Assembly (NCBI GenBank): GCA_963765495.1
Contig: CAVXWP010000006.1
Location: forward strand, 96,001 to 160,000
Length of the DNA stretch: 64,000 nt
From: Blastocatellia bacterium
GTDB taxonomy: Bacteria > Acidobacteriota > Blastocatellia > UBA7656
Direction of reading: 5' to 3'
Below are positions 31,226-39,876 of this stretch, in pieces (within the stretch, counting starts at the first letter, position 1; every line of letters starts with the position of its first letter). A program made the position numbers and the translations under genes. The notes beneath the pieces were generated by a model. That model was given only the letters and a program-made list of their open reading frames with translations. It was not told where the DNA came from and did no database searches.

Positions 31226-32020
31226 ATGAGAGAGCGGAAAGTTATCCCGTTACTGTTGCTGATGGCCTTTGCTGTTTCGCTCGCCGCGTTTGGGCAGGTA
31301 AAGACAAAGGCCGGGCGACGCGGCCTTCGAGCGGCCACTGCCTCAAGCGGGGTCGAGCCGTTGAGAGTCATCAACGGAGAGATGCAGGGGCGCATTGTCG
31401 CGGGGTCGCTCAAGGTAAACAATCGCCCTTCTAGTTTTTCCTTTACGCTGTCGAAAGTCGAAATCGCAGACGGGCAGGTGCAACTGAGCGGAAGCTTTGT
31501 CCTCGGAAGCAACGCCCGGCGCGCCGAGCAGGTCAAGGCGCGCGTGGCAGGCACTATGGCTAAGGCTACAAACCCCTGGCCGGGAGCGGACGATCAAGAG
31601 CCTGAGCCCGAGCCTGAGACGGACGAGCAGGGTCAGGGCCGCGAGGCGAAAAACCCTGAAACCTCGGCCCAGTTGGGCGAGCTTTCTCAATCGACCCAGG
31701 ATACGGCGCACACTACGCCCGCGCCAAAGGGAGGGCGTAACGAGCAGACGCAGTCACTTTATTCACAGGCGGAAGACACTACGGGGTGCGGGCTTGTGTT
31801 TCTCAGTTTGACTCTGCCCGCGCAAATGCGCACGGCGATACGGGCAAGTCGGGGGCCTGTTCAACTCGGTGTTGTGCTTGCGCCGATTGATAATCGGATG
31901 GGTGAAGAGATCAATCGCTCGCTTTGCCACATCATTCGAGCGGGTGGGAACGACTCCGGCAAAGAAGATGTAACGGCCGCTGTTGAGCGACTCAATCATA
32001 TGCTCGAGTCTTCACGGTAA
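31226..32020 (+). CDS. Uncharacterised exported protein, paralog of 6056-6760
   Basis: Signal peptide MRERKVIPLLLLMAFAVSLAAFG; similarity to 6056 ORF; follows GMC gene. Confidence 0.75.
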   Translation: MRERKVIPLLLLMAFAVSLAAFGQVKTKAGRRGLRAATASSGVEPLRVINGEMQGRIVAGSLKVNNRPSSFSFTLSKVEIADGQVQLSGSFVLGSNARRAEQVKARVAGTMAKATNPWPGADDQEPEPEPETDEQGQGREAKNPETSAQLGELSQSTQDTAHTTPAPKGGRNEQTQSLYSQAEDTTGCGLVFLSLTLPAQMRTAIRASRGPVQLGVVLAPIDNRMGEEINRSLCHIIRAGGNDSGKEDVTAAVERLNHMLESSR

Positions 32021-32062
32021 TCTTTCTCGGCCTATTTGTGTTTTCCCTAAAGAAGACCGGCT

Positions 32063-33565
32063 TCAATCGTCCATCTTTGCCAATGCGTCAAAGGTCGGTT
32101 TCAACGCGGGGTAGAGGCCGCGATAGTTTTGATAGAGTTCGTTGTATGTTCCACTCGCCTGCGTATCGGGCAAGACGCGGCTCTCAACTCGGATAGCCGA
32201 CTGGCAGGCCGCATCCGTATCGGGCCATGATTTGTTTGCGACTCCTGCAAGCAGCGCCGCGCCGTAGGCGGCCCCTTCCGTGGTATTGACCGTGACCAGT
32301 TCCGTACCCAGAACATCGGCAATAATCTGCTGCCACACCCGGCTTTTCGCTCCACCGCCCGAAACGCGCACCTGCTCTATCTGACCGAGTCCTGCGCCTT
32401 GTATCAACTCGAATCCGTCTTTCAATCCGAAGGCTACCCCTTCAAGCACGGCGCGAGTCAGGTGAGCGCGCCTGTGTCTTACGGTCAATCCTACCCACGC
32501 GCCTCGCGCAAGAGGATCGGGGTGAGGCGTTCGCTCTCCGCTCAGGTAGGGCAGAAAGAGCAGGCCCTCGCTTCCGGGCGAAACCTCGGCCGTCTCTTCG
32601 ACAAGTTCATCAAAAGAGGTTTGCGGAAAGAGCGTGTCGCGATACCATTGCAGGCTTCCGGCTGCGCTCAGCATGACGCCCATGAAATGCCAGCGCCCCG
32701 GCACCGCGTGGCAGAAGGCGTGCAATCGCCCTTCGGGTTGGATCAGAGGCGAATCGGTCGCGGCAAATACCACTCCCGAAGTGCCCAGCACCAGAGAGAC
32801 TATCCCCGATTGCACAGCGCCCACGCCGACCGCGCCCGCCGCCTGGTCGCCGCCACCGGCTACGACCGGGGTTCCGATCTTGAGTCCCGTTTCTCGGGCG
32901 GCATCCATACTCACCTCGCCCGTTATGTCAGGCCCTTCGTAGGTGGGCGGCAGCCACTCGGTGGGTATGTCTAAGGCCGCGAGCAATTCGGGCGACCAGT
33001 CGCGCTTTTTCAGGTCAAACAGCATAGTGCCTGATCCGTCGGCCTTGTCCATAGCCATAGCGCCGGTCAATCGGTATCGAATGTAATCTTTAGGCAACAG
33101 GACGTGGCGCGCTCGATTAAATATTTCCGGTTCGTGTCTCTGCACCCATAAAATCTTTGGAGCCGTGAATCCTGTCAGCGCATCGTTGCCGCTTGTGCGG
33201 ATCAAATTCTCTTTGCCGAAGCGGGCGCGAATCTCATCACACTCAGCGCCGCACCGCTGATCGTTCCAGAGGATGGCGGGCCGCAGGACCTCTCCATTTT
33301 CGTCGAGCAGAACAAGGCCGTGCATCTGCCCGGTCAGACCGATAGCGGCAATCTGTTCGGCAGGTTTGTTGGCCTGGGCGAGCGCCGCGCGGATGCTTGT
33401 GACGGTCGCCTGCCACCAGTCGCCGGGGTTTTGCTCGGACCATAGCGGGCGCGGTGTTGAAAGCGCCAGAGGGGTGGTGGCGCTCATTACGACGCTGCCT
33501 GTTTCATCTATCAGCAACGCCTTTGCTCCTGTGGTGGAAATGTCTATGCCTAGAAGTAAGCTCAT
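32063..33565 (-). CDS. xylB: Xylulokinase
   Basis: LGIDISTTGAK, GLTGQMHG, ILWNDQR, GGGDQAAG, PYLSGERTPH. Confidence 0.95.
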   Translation of the reverse strand: MSLLLGIDISTTGAKALLIDETGSVVMSATTPLALSTPRPLWSEQNPGDWWQATVTSIRAALAQANKPAEQIAAIGLTGQMHGLVLLDENGEVLRPAILWNDQRCGAECDEIRARFGKENLIRTSGNDALTGFTAPKILWVQRHEPEIFNRARHVLLPKDYIRYRLTGAMAMDKADGSGTMLFDLKKRDWSPELLAALDIPTEWLPPTYEGPDITGEVSMDAARETGLKIGTPVVAGGGDQAAGAVGVGAVQSGIVSLVLGTSGVVFAATDSPLIQPEGRLHAFCHAVPGRWHFMGVMLSAAGSLQWYRDTLFPQTSFDELVEETAEVSPGSEGLLFLPYLSGERTPHPDPLARGAWVGLTVRHRRAHLTRAVLEGVAFGLKDGFELIQGAGLGQIEQVRVSGGGAKSRVWQQIIADVLGTELVTVNTTEGAAYGAALLAGVANKSWPDTDAACQSAIRVESRVLPDTQASGTYNELYQNYRGLYPALKPTFDALAKMDD

Positions 33566-33581
33566 ATTTCAATCCGGGGAG

Positions 33582-33621
33582 TTGAGATTTGAGATTTGAG
33601 ATTTGAAATCACGTATCACGC
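33582..33621. repeat. TTTGAGA heptamer run abutting a TCACGYA heptamer
   Basis: TTGAGATTTGAGATTTGAGATTTGAAATCACGTATCACGC. Confidence 0.65.
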
Positions 33622-33727
33622 TTGAATAATGCCCTCTCGACAGGAGTCACGCAATAGCGAGAGAAAAGAATTGAAAGGCGACGAGCAAGTATGCGCGCTC
33701 ATTGTGTTGCTGTTATATTCTTGAATT

Positions 33728-34666
33728 ATGGAACAGATAAAATCTTCTGTCGCACCTCTCATTGATATGGTTCGCCCTACGACCATAATAGAGCCTCTGC
33801 GATTGTCGGACAGGCTGGGCGCAAGAGTTACAATCGCAAGCGAGACGTTTCAGCATACGGGAAGCTTCAAGTTTCGCGCTGCCTATAACCTCGCGTCTCA
33901 AGTCTCCGAGCAGATGATAATCACGGCTTCATCGGGCAACTACGGACAGGCGATGGCGTATGCGTGCAGGCTGTTGGGAAAAGCCTGCATAGTCGTCATG
34001 CCCGACAATTCGGCTCAGGTAAAAGTCGATGCCGTGCGAGAGTTTGGCGCTGAGGTTGACCTGATTGACGTAAAGCAAAAGGGCAGGGCCGAGCGGGTGG
34101 CCGAGCTTTCGCGCAAGCACCCGGAGGCTTATGTGGCAAGCGCCTATGACGACCCGCTTGTGATTGCGGGCAATGCAAGCCTCGGCGCGGAGCTTGCCTC
34201 ACTCAATCGCCGTTTCGATTTCGTCATCGCTCCTATTGGCGGCGGCGGTCTCACATCCGGGATCATTCAGGGTTTTCGCGGGGCGGGCAAAGATGTCTCG
34301 GTAATCGGCGCGGAACCCCTGATGGCCAACGACGCGGCGCGCTCGCTCAGGGCCGGTCACATCGTAGCCAACGACATCGAACCTCAAACGATAGCCGATG
34401 GAGCGCGCACCGTGAGCATAGGCCGTCACAACTGGGAGATAATCGGTCGAGGGATAGAGGGCATAATCGAGGTTCCCGAAGAGAATATTAAAGAAGGAAT
34501 GCGGCTGCTGTTTCAATTGGCCAATCTCAAGGCCGAGCCTACGGGGGCGCTCGCCGTCGGCGCGTTGCTTACAGAGTCTGAAAGGTTTCGAGACCTTTCG
34601 GTTTGTTGCGTTGTAAGCGGCGGAAACGTAGACAGGGAAGTCTATCGAAGCATTCTGGCCGGATGA
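33728..34666 (+). CDS. PLP-dependent threonine/serine dehydratase (serine racemase-like)
   Basis: TGSFKFRAA, SSGNYGQA, GGGGL, VSGGNVD; no regulatory domain. Confidence 0.9.
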   Translation: MEQIKSSVAPLIDMVRPTTIIEPLRLSDRLGARVTIASETFQHTGSFKFRAAYNLASQVSEQMIITASSGNYGQAMAYACRLLGKACIVVMPDNSAQVKVDAVREFGAEVDLIDVKQKGRAERVAELSRKHPEAYVASAYDDPLVIAGNASLGAELASLNRRFDFVIAPIGGGGLTSGIIQGFRGAGKDVSVIGAEPLMANDAARSLRAGHIVANDIEPQTIADGARTVSIGRHNWEIIGRGIEGIIEVPEENIKEGMRLLFQLANLKAEPTGALAVGALLTESERFRDLSVCCVVSGGNVDREVYRSILAG

Positions 34667-34686
34667 GAGCCGGACCCATTAAGAAT

Positions 34687-34726
34687 AAAAAAAGGCCTGG
34701 CGTGAGAGGAGGAGCATCGCCAGGCC
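34687..34726 (-). terminator. Intrinsic terminator between convergent genes
   Basis: A-run then GGCCTGGCG...CGCCAGGCC stem. Confidence 0.65.
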
Positions 34727-34764
34727 AAAGTAAACTCAGTGCGCAGGTTTTAAGGTCGTTAACG

Positions 34765-35028
34765 CTATTTAGGTGCGTTCTTTAGACACTCAGAGTGTTC
34801 TTTTTTAGCCGCCGTCAAGGCTGCTGAACGGTCCTTACCCTTTTTGGTCTTCGCTTCCTTTACAGCCGCCGTATAGTCTTCATTGCATTTCTTCACGGCA
34901 GCAGTGTGTTCAGGGGTGGGCTTCATCTTTTTGGACATTGTCTTTTGCGTAGCCGCCAGCGTCAGAGGCGATGCCAAAAATAGAGCCATTGCGATTGATA
35001 ATGCTGTGTTCGTAATCGTGCGCTTCAT
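34765..35028 (-). CDS. Small exported Lys/Ala-rich helical protein with two Cys
   Basis: Signal peptide, GGAG RBS, KKCN...SECLK. Confidence 0.7.
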   Translation of the reverse strand: MKRTITNTALSIAMALFLASPLTLAATQKTMSKKMKPTPEHTAAVKKCNEDYTAAVKEAKTKKGKDRSAALTAAKKEHSECLKNAPK

Positions 35029-35183
35029 CTTCTACTCCATTCCCAATAAATTCACTCTAGTTGGTACAGGGTTTCTGTACGTGATTGGCAGGAGCAAGCA
35101 TCGGACCAAAGGTTTATCTGTTTGTCGGGCGCGTCAAAGCGTTGAAAACTATGGATAAAGCCCGTGAGGCGGGCAAGCGGGGC

Positions 35184-35224
35184 AAAATAAAAGGGCGCTG
35201 ACCTGTGGCAATCTGGTCAGCGCC
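35184..35224 (-). terminator. Intrinsic terminator
   Basis: AAAATAAAAG then GGCGCTGACC...GGTCAGCGCC stem downstream of 35377 gene. Confidence 0.6.
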
Positions 35225-35244
35225 TGCAATTCAGCCACACCGGA

Positions 35245-35362
35245 GCGTGATGCGTGATACGTGATGCGTGATGCATTACTTTCAGCGAGGCCGCCTGCTT
35301 TAGATAATTCGCCCGTCAACCGAATCACGGGTCACGGATCACGCATCACATATCGCATCACA
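35245..35362. repeat. Heptamer palindrome, CGTGATG family
   Basis: GCGTGATGCGTGATACGTGATGCGTGATGC ... TCACGGGTCACGGATCACGCATCAC. Confidence 0.75.
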
Positions 35363-35376
35363 GATCGCTTCAGGCA

Positions 35377-35760
35377 TCAGAATATTCTGCGTTTTTCGGT
35401 CCGATTCTTATAAAGCCATATTCCGGTTGCCGCGCCTGCGCCTACTAAAGCGCCGATCACTGCTCCCTTCTTTCCCTTGACGACGCCACCGGTCAAAGCG
35501 CCCGCGCCCGCGCCTATGCCAATGACCGTTGCAGCGCCGGCCGGGCCTTCCATCCATCTGTGCTTGTACTGGTAATTCACTATGCCGGGACCGTCGAAAA
35601 GGGTTATGGCTCTGTCGCCAAATTGGATTCCATTCTTTCCTCTCCTGATATACCTCCCGGAATTCGATTCATCCCTGCGATTCTGCGCCAGGGAAGCGGC
35701 AGGCATCGCGATTGTGAACAGCGTAAGGAGTAAACAGATACAGACCAGCTTTTTTCGCAT
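35377..35760 (-). CDS. Exported glycine-zipper protein
   Basis: Signal peptide; IGIGAGAGALTGG..GKKGAVIGALVGAGA; GGAGG RBS. Confidence 0.75.
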   Translation of the reverse strand: MRKKLVCICLLLTLFTIAMPAASLAQNRRDESNSGRYIRRGKNGIQFGDRAITLFDGPGIVNYQYKHRWMEGPAGAATVIGIGAGAGALTGGVVKGKKGAVIGALVGAGAATGIWLYKNRTEKRRIF

Positions 35761-35908
35761 TTCCTTTCCTCCAGATATTTGGTGAGCGGTTCGTGTGTGG
35801 GCCGAAGCCTGGAACGATTTTTTTGCGCTCGGCCATCGGCGGGATGCGCGCCGGGCAGGTTCAGGTTGCCTGTCCCGCCCGACTTTTTTTAGGAAGGGGA
35901 GGTAAAGC

Positions 35909-36661
35909 CTATCTGTTACGGTTTCGCCAGGAGGCTCCGAGATAATCTCTGTTCAAGCGACCTATGAAATCAAGGCTGATCTCTTTCGGGCAAACGGCCT
36001 CGCACGCGCCCGTAACAGAACAATTCCCAAAGCCTTCATCGTCCATAGCCTTGACCATGCCGAGCACGCGGAGGTCTTTTTCGGGCTTGCCTTGCGGCAG
36101 TATGTTCAGGTGCGAGGCCTTTGCCGCCACAAACAGCATTGCCGAGGCGTTCTTGCAGGCGGCAACGCACGCGCCGCAGCCAATACAGGCAGCCGCGTCC
36201 ATAGCCAGGTCGGCATCCACTTTCCCGACGGGGATTGTGTTTGCGTCGGGCGTGCCTCCGGTGGATACGGAGATAAACCCGCCCGCCTGAATCACGCGGT
36301 CAAACGCGCCGCGATTCACTACCAGGTCTTTGATGACGGGAAAGGGTTTTGCCCGCCACGGCTCGATCACCAGCGTATCTCCGTCTTTGAAACTTCGCAT
36401 GTGCAACTGACAGGTAGTCGTAGCGCCAAGCGGGCCGTGCGCCACCCCGTTTATCATCACGCCGCACGTTCCGCATATGCCTTCGCGGCAATCGTGATCA
36501 AAGGCTACGGGGTCTTCGCCGCGTTCGGTCAGCTCTTCATTGACCACGTCGAGCATCTCAAGGAAAGACATTTCCGGTATGATGTTTTTGGCTTTATATT
36601 CTACGAAGCGGCCCGGCGTGCTCGCGTTCTTCTGCCGCCAGATGCGTAAGGTCAGCTCCAT
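35909..36661 (-). CDS. sdhB: Succinate dehydrogenase/fumarate reductase Fe-S subunit (Bacteroidota/actinobacterial-type)
   Basis: [34 protein letters not shown]. Confidence 0.93.
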   Translation of the reverse strand: MELTLRIWRQKNASTPGRFVEYKAKNIIPEMSFLEMLDVVNEELTERGEDPVAFDHDCREGICGTCGVMINGVAHGPLGATTTCQLHMRSFKDGDTLVIEPWRAKPFPVIKDLVVNRGAFDRVIQAGGFISVSTGGTPDANTIPVGKVDADLAMDAAACIGCGACVAACKNASAMLFVAAKASHLNILPQGKPEKDLRVLGMVKAMDDEGFGNCSVTGACEAVCPKEISLDFIGRLNRDYLGASWRNRNR

Positions 36662-38574
36662 TATTTATAACTCCTTGTGGACATGTGGACTTCTTCGTAT
36701 TCAAGCGGTTCTTTGTGCAAAACGGGAGGATTATCTACACCCTGATACTCCCACGCGGCGACAAAAGAGAACTCTTCGTCATTGCGTTTGGCCTCACCGT
36801 CCGGCGTTTGATGCTCTTCGCGGAAATGGCCTCCGCAGGACTCGTCCCGCATAAGCGCATCGGTCGCGAGCAGTTCGGCAAATTCCAGGAAGTCTGCCAC
36901 GCGGCCCGCCTGCTCAAGCGCCGGGTTCAGTTCCTTATCCTCGCCCAGGATGTTTACATTCTCCCAGAATTCCTGTCTGAGCGCGGGAATCTGTTTCAGG
37001 ACTTCCTTTAATCCGGCCTCGTTTCGAGCCATCCCGACCTTTTCCCACATCAGTTTGCCAAGCTCGCGGTGAAAATCCGTGACTGTGCGCTTGCCCTTGA
37101 TCGAAAGAAATTTTCTGGTGCGCTCGGCCACCGTATCGGTTACCGCCTTGAATTCAGGATTATCCGCCGAGGGTTTGGGCTGTTTTGCGGATGCGAAGTA
37201 ATCGCCTATCGTGTAGGGCAGGATAAAATAGCCGTCGGCCAGTCCCTGCATCAATGCGCTCGCGCCCAGGCGATTCGCGCCGTGATCTGAAAAATTGGCT
37301 TCGCCTATAACGAAAAGGCCCGGCAGGTTGCTCATCAGATTGTAATCCACCCACAGCCCGCCCATCGTGTAGTGAATCGCCGGATAGATGCGCATAGGTA
37401 CTTTGTAAGCGTCTTCGGCCGTGATGCGTTCATACATTTCAAACAGGTTGCCGTAACGCTCGCGGATCACGTCTTCGCCCAGTCTCTTAATGGCGTCGGC
37501 GAAATCGAGATAGACGCCCCGGCCACCCGGCCCCACTCCCCGGCCTTCGTCGCAGACTTCCTTTGCGGAACGAGATGCGATGTCGCGCGGGGCGAGGTTG
37601 CCAAAGCTCGGATACTTTCTTTCGAGATAATAGTCGCGCTCGGCATCGGGAATCTGATTTGGAGGGCGCGTGTCTCCCTTCTTTTTCGGGACCCAGACGC
37701 GACCGTCGTTGCGAAGCGATTCCGACATCAATGTGAGCTTCGATTGATGATCGCCGCTTACGGGGATGCAGGTCGGGTGAATCTGCGTGTAGCAGGGGTT
37801 GGCAAAAAACGCGCCCTTCTTATATGCGCGATAGGCGGCCGTGACATTGCACCCCTTGGCATTGGTCGAAAGGAAATAGACGTTGCCGTACCCGCCCGTG
37901 GCAAGGACGACGGCATCGCCCGCGTGCGAAGCGATCTCGCCCGTAACGAGGTCGCGTGTGACTATGCCTTTTGCGTGGCCGTCGATGACGACGAGGTCGA
38001 GCATTTCGGTGCGCGGGTACATCTTCACCTTGCCGAGGCCGACCTGTCTTTCCAGCGCCTGATACGCGCCAAGCAATAATTGCTGACCCGTCTGTCCGCG
38101 CGCGTAAAAGGTTCGTGACACCTGCGCGCCGCCAAACGAGCGATTGGCAAGCAATCCGCCGTATTCGCGGGCAAAAGGGACTCCCTGAGCCACGCACTGA
38201 TCTATGATGTTCACGCTGACTTCGGCCAGACGATAGACGTTTGCCTCGCGCGAGCGGAAGTCGCCGCCTTTGATCGTGTCATAGAACAGGCGATAGACGC
38301 TGTCGCCGTCGTTTTGATAATTCTTGGCTGCGTTTATGCCGCCCTGCGCGGCTATCGAGTGCGCGCGCCGTGGGCTGTCTTGAAAGCAGAAGCATTTGAC
38401 GTTGTAGCCGAGTTCGGCAAGCGTGGCCGCGGCCGATGCGCCTGCAAGCCCTGAGCCTACGATTATCACGTCAAACTTGCGTTTGTTAGCCGGATTGACC
38501 AGCTTTATGTTCTGGCGATGCCTGCTCCATTTTTCCTGGACCGGGCCGGAAGGTATCTTGGAATCTAGTGTCAT
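36661..38574 (-). CDS. sdhA: Succinate dehydrogenase/fumarate reductase flavoprotein
   Basis: [39 protein letters not shown]. Confidence 0.94.
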   Translation of the reverse strand: MTLDSKIPSGPVQEKWSRHRQNIKLVNPANKRKFDVIIVGSGLAGASAAATLAELGYNVKCFCFQDSPRRAHSIAAQGGINAAKNYQNDGDSVYRLFYDTIKGGDFRSREANVYRLAEVSVNIIDQCVAQGVPFAREYGGLLANRSFGGAQVSRTFYARGQTGQQLLLGAYQALERQVGLGKVKMYPRTEMLDLVVIDGHAKGIVTRDLVTGEIASHAGDAVVLATGGYGNVYFLSTNAKGCNVTAAYRAYKKGAFFANPCYTQIHPTCIPVSGDHQSKLTLMSESLRNDGRVWVPKKKGDTRPPNQIPDAERDYYLERKYPSFGNLAPRDIASRSAKEVCDEGRGVGPGGRGVYLDFADAIKRLGEDVIRERYGNLFEMYERITAEDAYKVPMRIYPAIHYTMGGLWVDYNLMSNLPGLFVIGEANFSDHGANRLGASALMQGLADGYFILPYTIGDYFASAKQPKPSADNPEFKAVTDTVAERTRKFLSIKGKRTVTDFHRELGKLMWEKVGMARNEAGLKEVLKQIPALRQEFWENVNILGEDKELNPALEQAGRVADFLEFAELLATDALMRDESCGGHFREEHQTPDGEAKRNDEEFSFVAAWEYQGVDNPPVLHKEPLEYEEVHMSTRSYK

Positions 38575-38592
38575 GCTTATACCCGATTCGAG

Positions 38593-39315
38593 TTATTTGA
38601 CCAGCCCCGTCAAGACGGCCAGAGGGATGATCGAATTGCCTATAAAAATAATCAACGCGCTGATCTGGGCAAACCGTTTTATGACCGGCTCCCAGGCTTT
38701 ATTCCTGAGCCCCACGGATTGAAACATGCTCGTGAGCCCGTGACTCAGATGCAGACAAAGCAGCGCCATCGAAACTATGTAAAACGCAGAGACCCAGATG
38801 TTGGAAAATCCCTGAATCACCATGCGGTAAACATCGTGGCGTTCAAGTATAGGATCGGTGGCCGCCGCGCCGGAATTGATCGCCGCGTGAACCGGCTCTT
38901 TTAGCTGTAGGAGAGCCGGGTTGATCACGCCTACGGTGAAGTGCAGCAGATGATAAACGATAAAGACCAGCACGATGAGCCCGCTGATAAAGATGGTGCG
39001 CGAGGCGAAGCTTGCGCCCGAAGGTTTTTTCTCTTCGTACCCGATGGGCCGCGCGGCGCGATTCTCTTTCACAAGCAGGACGGCAGAGATGATGTGAAGC
39101 AAGGCTATGACAAACAATCCGAGTCGCGCCGTCCACAACAACCCCGGTTTCGATTTTAAGAACTCCGCGTAATCGTTTAGCGCCTTGGGGCCGATAAATA
39201 CCTGTAAATTGCCCAGCATGTGCACTACCACGAAGGCAAACAGCAAGAGGCCCGTTATGGCCATGACATACTTCTTCCCAAGGGAAGAACGATAGAGATT
39301 GGTTAGGATATTCAT
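38593..39315 (-). CDS. sdhC: Succinate dehydrogenase cytochrome b subunit (b558 type)
   Basis: KKYVMAITG..HMLGNL, five TMs, four His. Confidence 0.9.
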   Translation of the reverse strand: MNILTNLYRSSLGKKYVMAITGLLLFAFVVVHMLGNLQVFIGPKALNDYAEFLKSKPGLLWTARLGLFVIALLHIISAVLLVKENRAARPIGYEEKKPSGASFASRTIFISGLIVLVFIVYHLLHFTVGVINPALLQLKEPVHAAINSGAAATDPILERHDVYRMVIQGFSNIWVSAFYIVSMALLCLHLSHGLTSMFQSVGLRNKAWEPVIKRFAQISALIIFIGNSIIPLAVLTGLVK

Positions 39316-39876
39316 GAACGATCCCTTATAAGCCTGAGTTTGGGCAAACCGGCGACGCCCTGAAAATCAAAGGCCCGATGATGATAAAGCGAAACTGGAC
39401 CGGGCTTGGAATCTCGCACTTTAATGATCCGTACTGGGCTGCGTCAAGTCTCATAATTCACTTTTTCGATCCGGCAACTATCCAAAGCAGTCCCGAACCC
39501 CTCGATATTTAACGATAACTTTCTTCAATGAATAAGTAAAATTCAAAAAAATTATGCGAAACATAAGATCGACTTTATTTGCTCTCTCTCTTCTTCAAAA
39601 ATAGAATGGCCAAATATTACAGACATCATCCTTTGCAGAAAACTCGGTTGCCCCGGAGATACACCCGGGAATCCGGTTCAGGTAAAGAGTCTATTCATAC
39701 AAACCAAAAAGATGTACACTCAATCCGCAGTGCCAATAATGACGGTGGTTTACAAGTGGGGCATCCTGATGCTACCCTCTTCTATGCAAAACGGGCTTGT
39801 GAGGTAAATAACGAAAAGGTCCGACTTGAAGAAGGGCAATCGCGCGGTTTTGTCTTATTATAAAAAGAGGCTCATT

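Noticed and set aside
35245-35362. Possible CRISPR-like or iteron arrays among short repeats
   Set aside because: Units are 7-9 nt in tandem without unique spacers, and no cas or rep genes are present.
39579-39863. 94-aa ORF upstream of the kinase
   Set aside because: AT-rich promoter region, TTG start, no RBS or motif.
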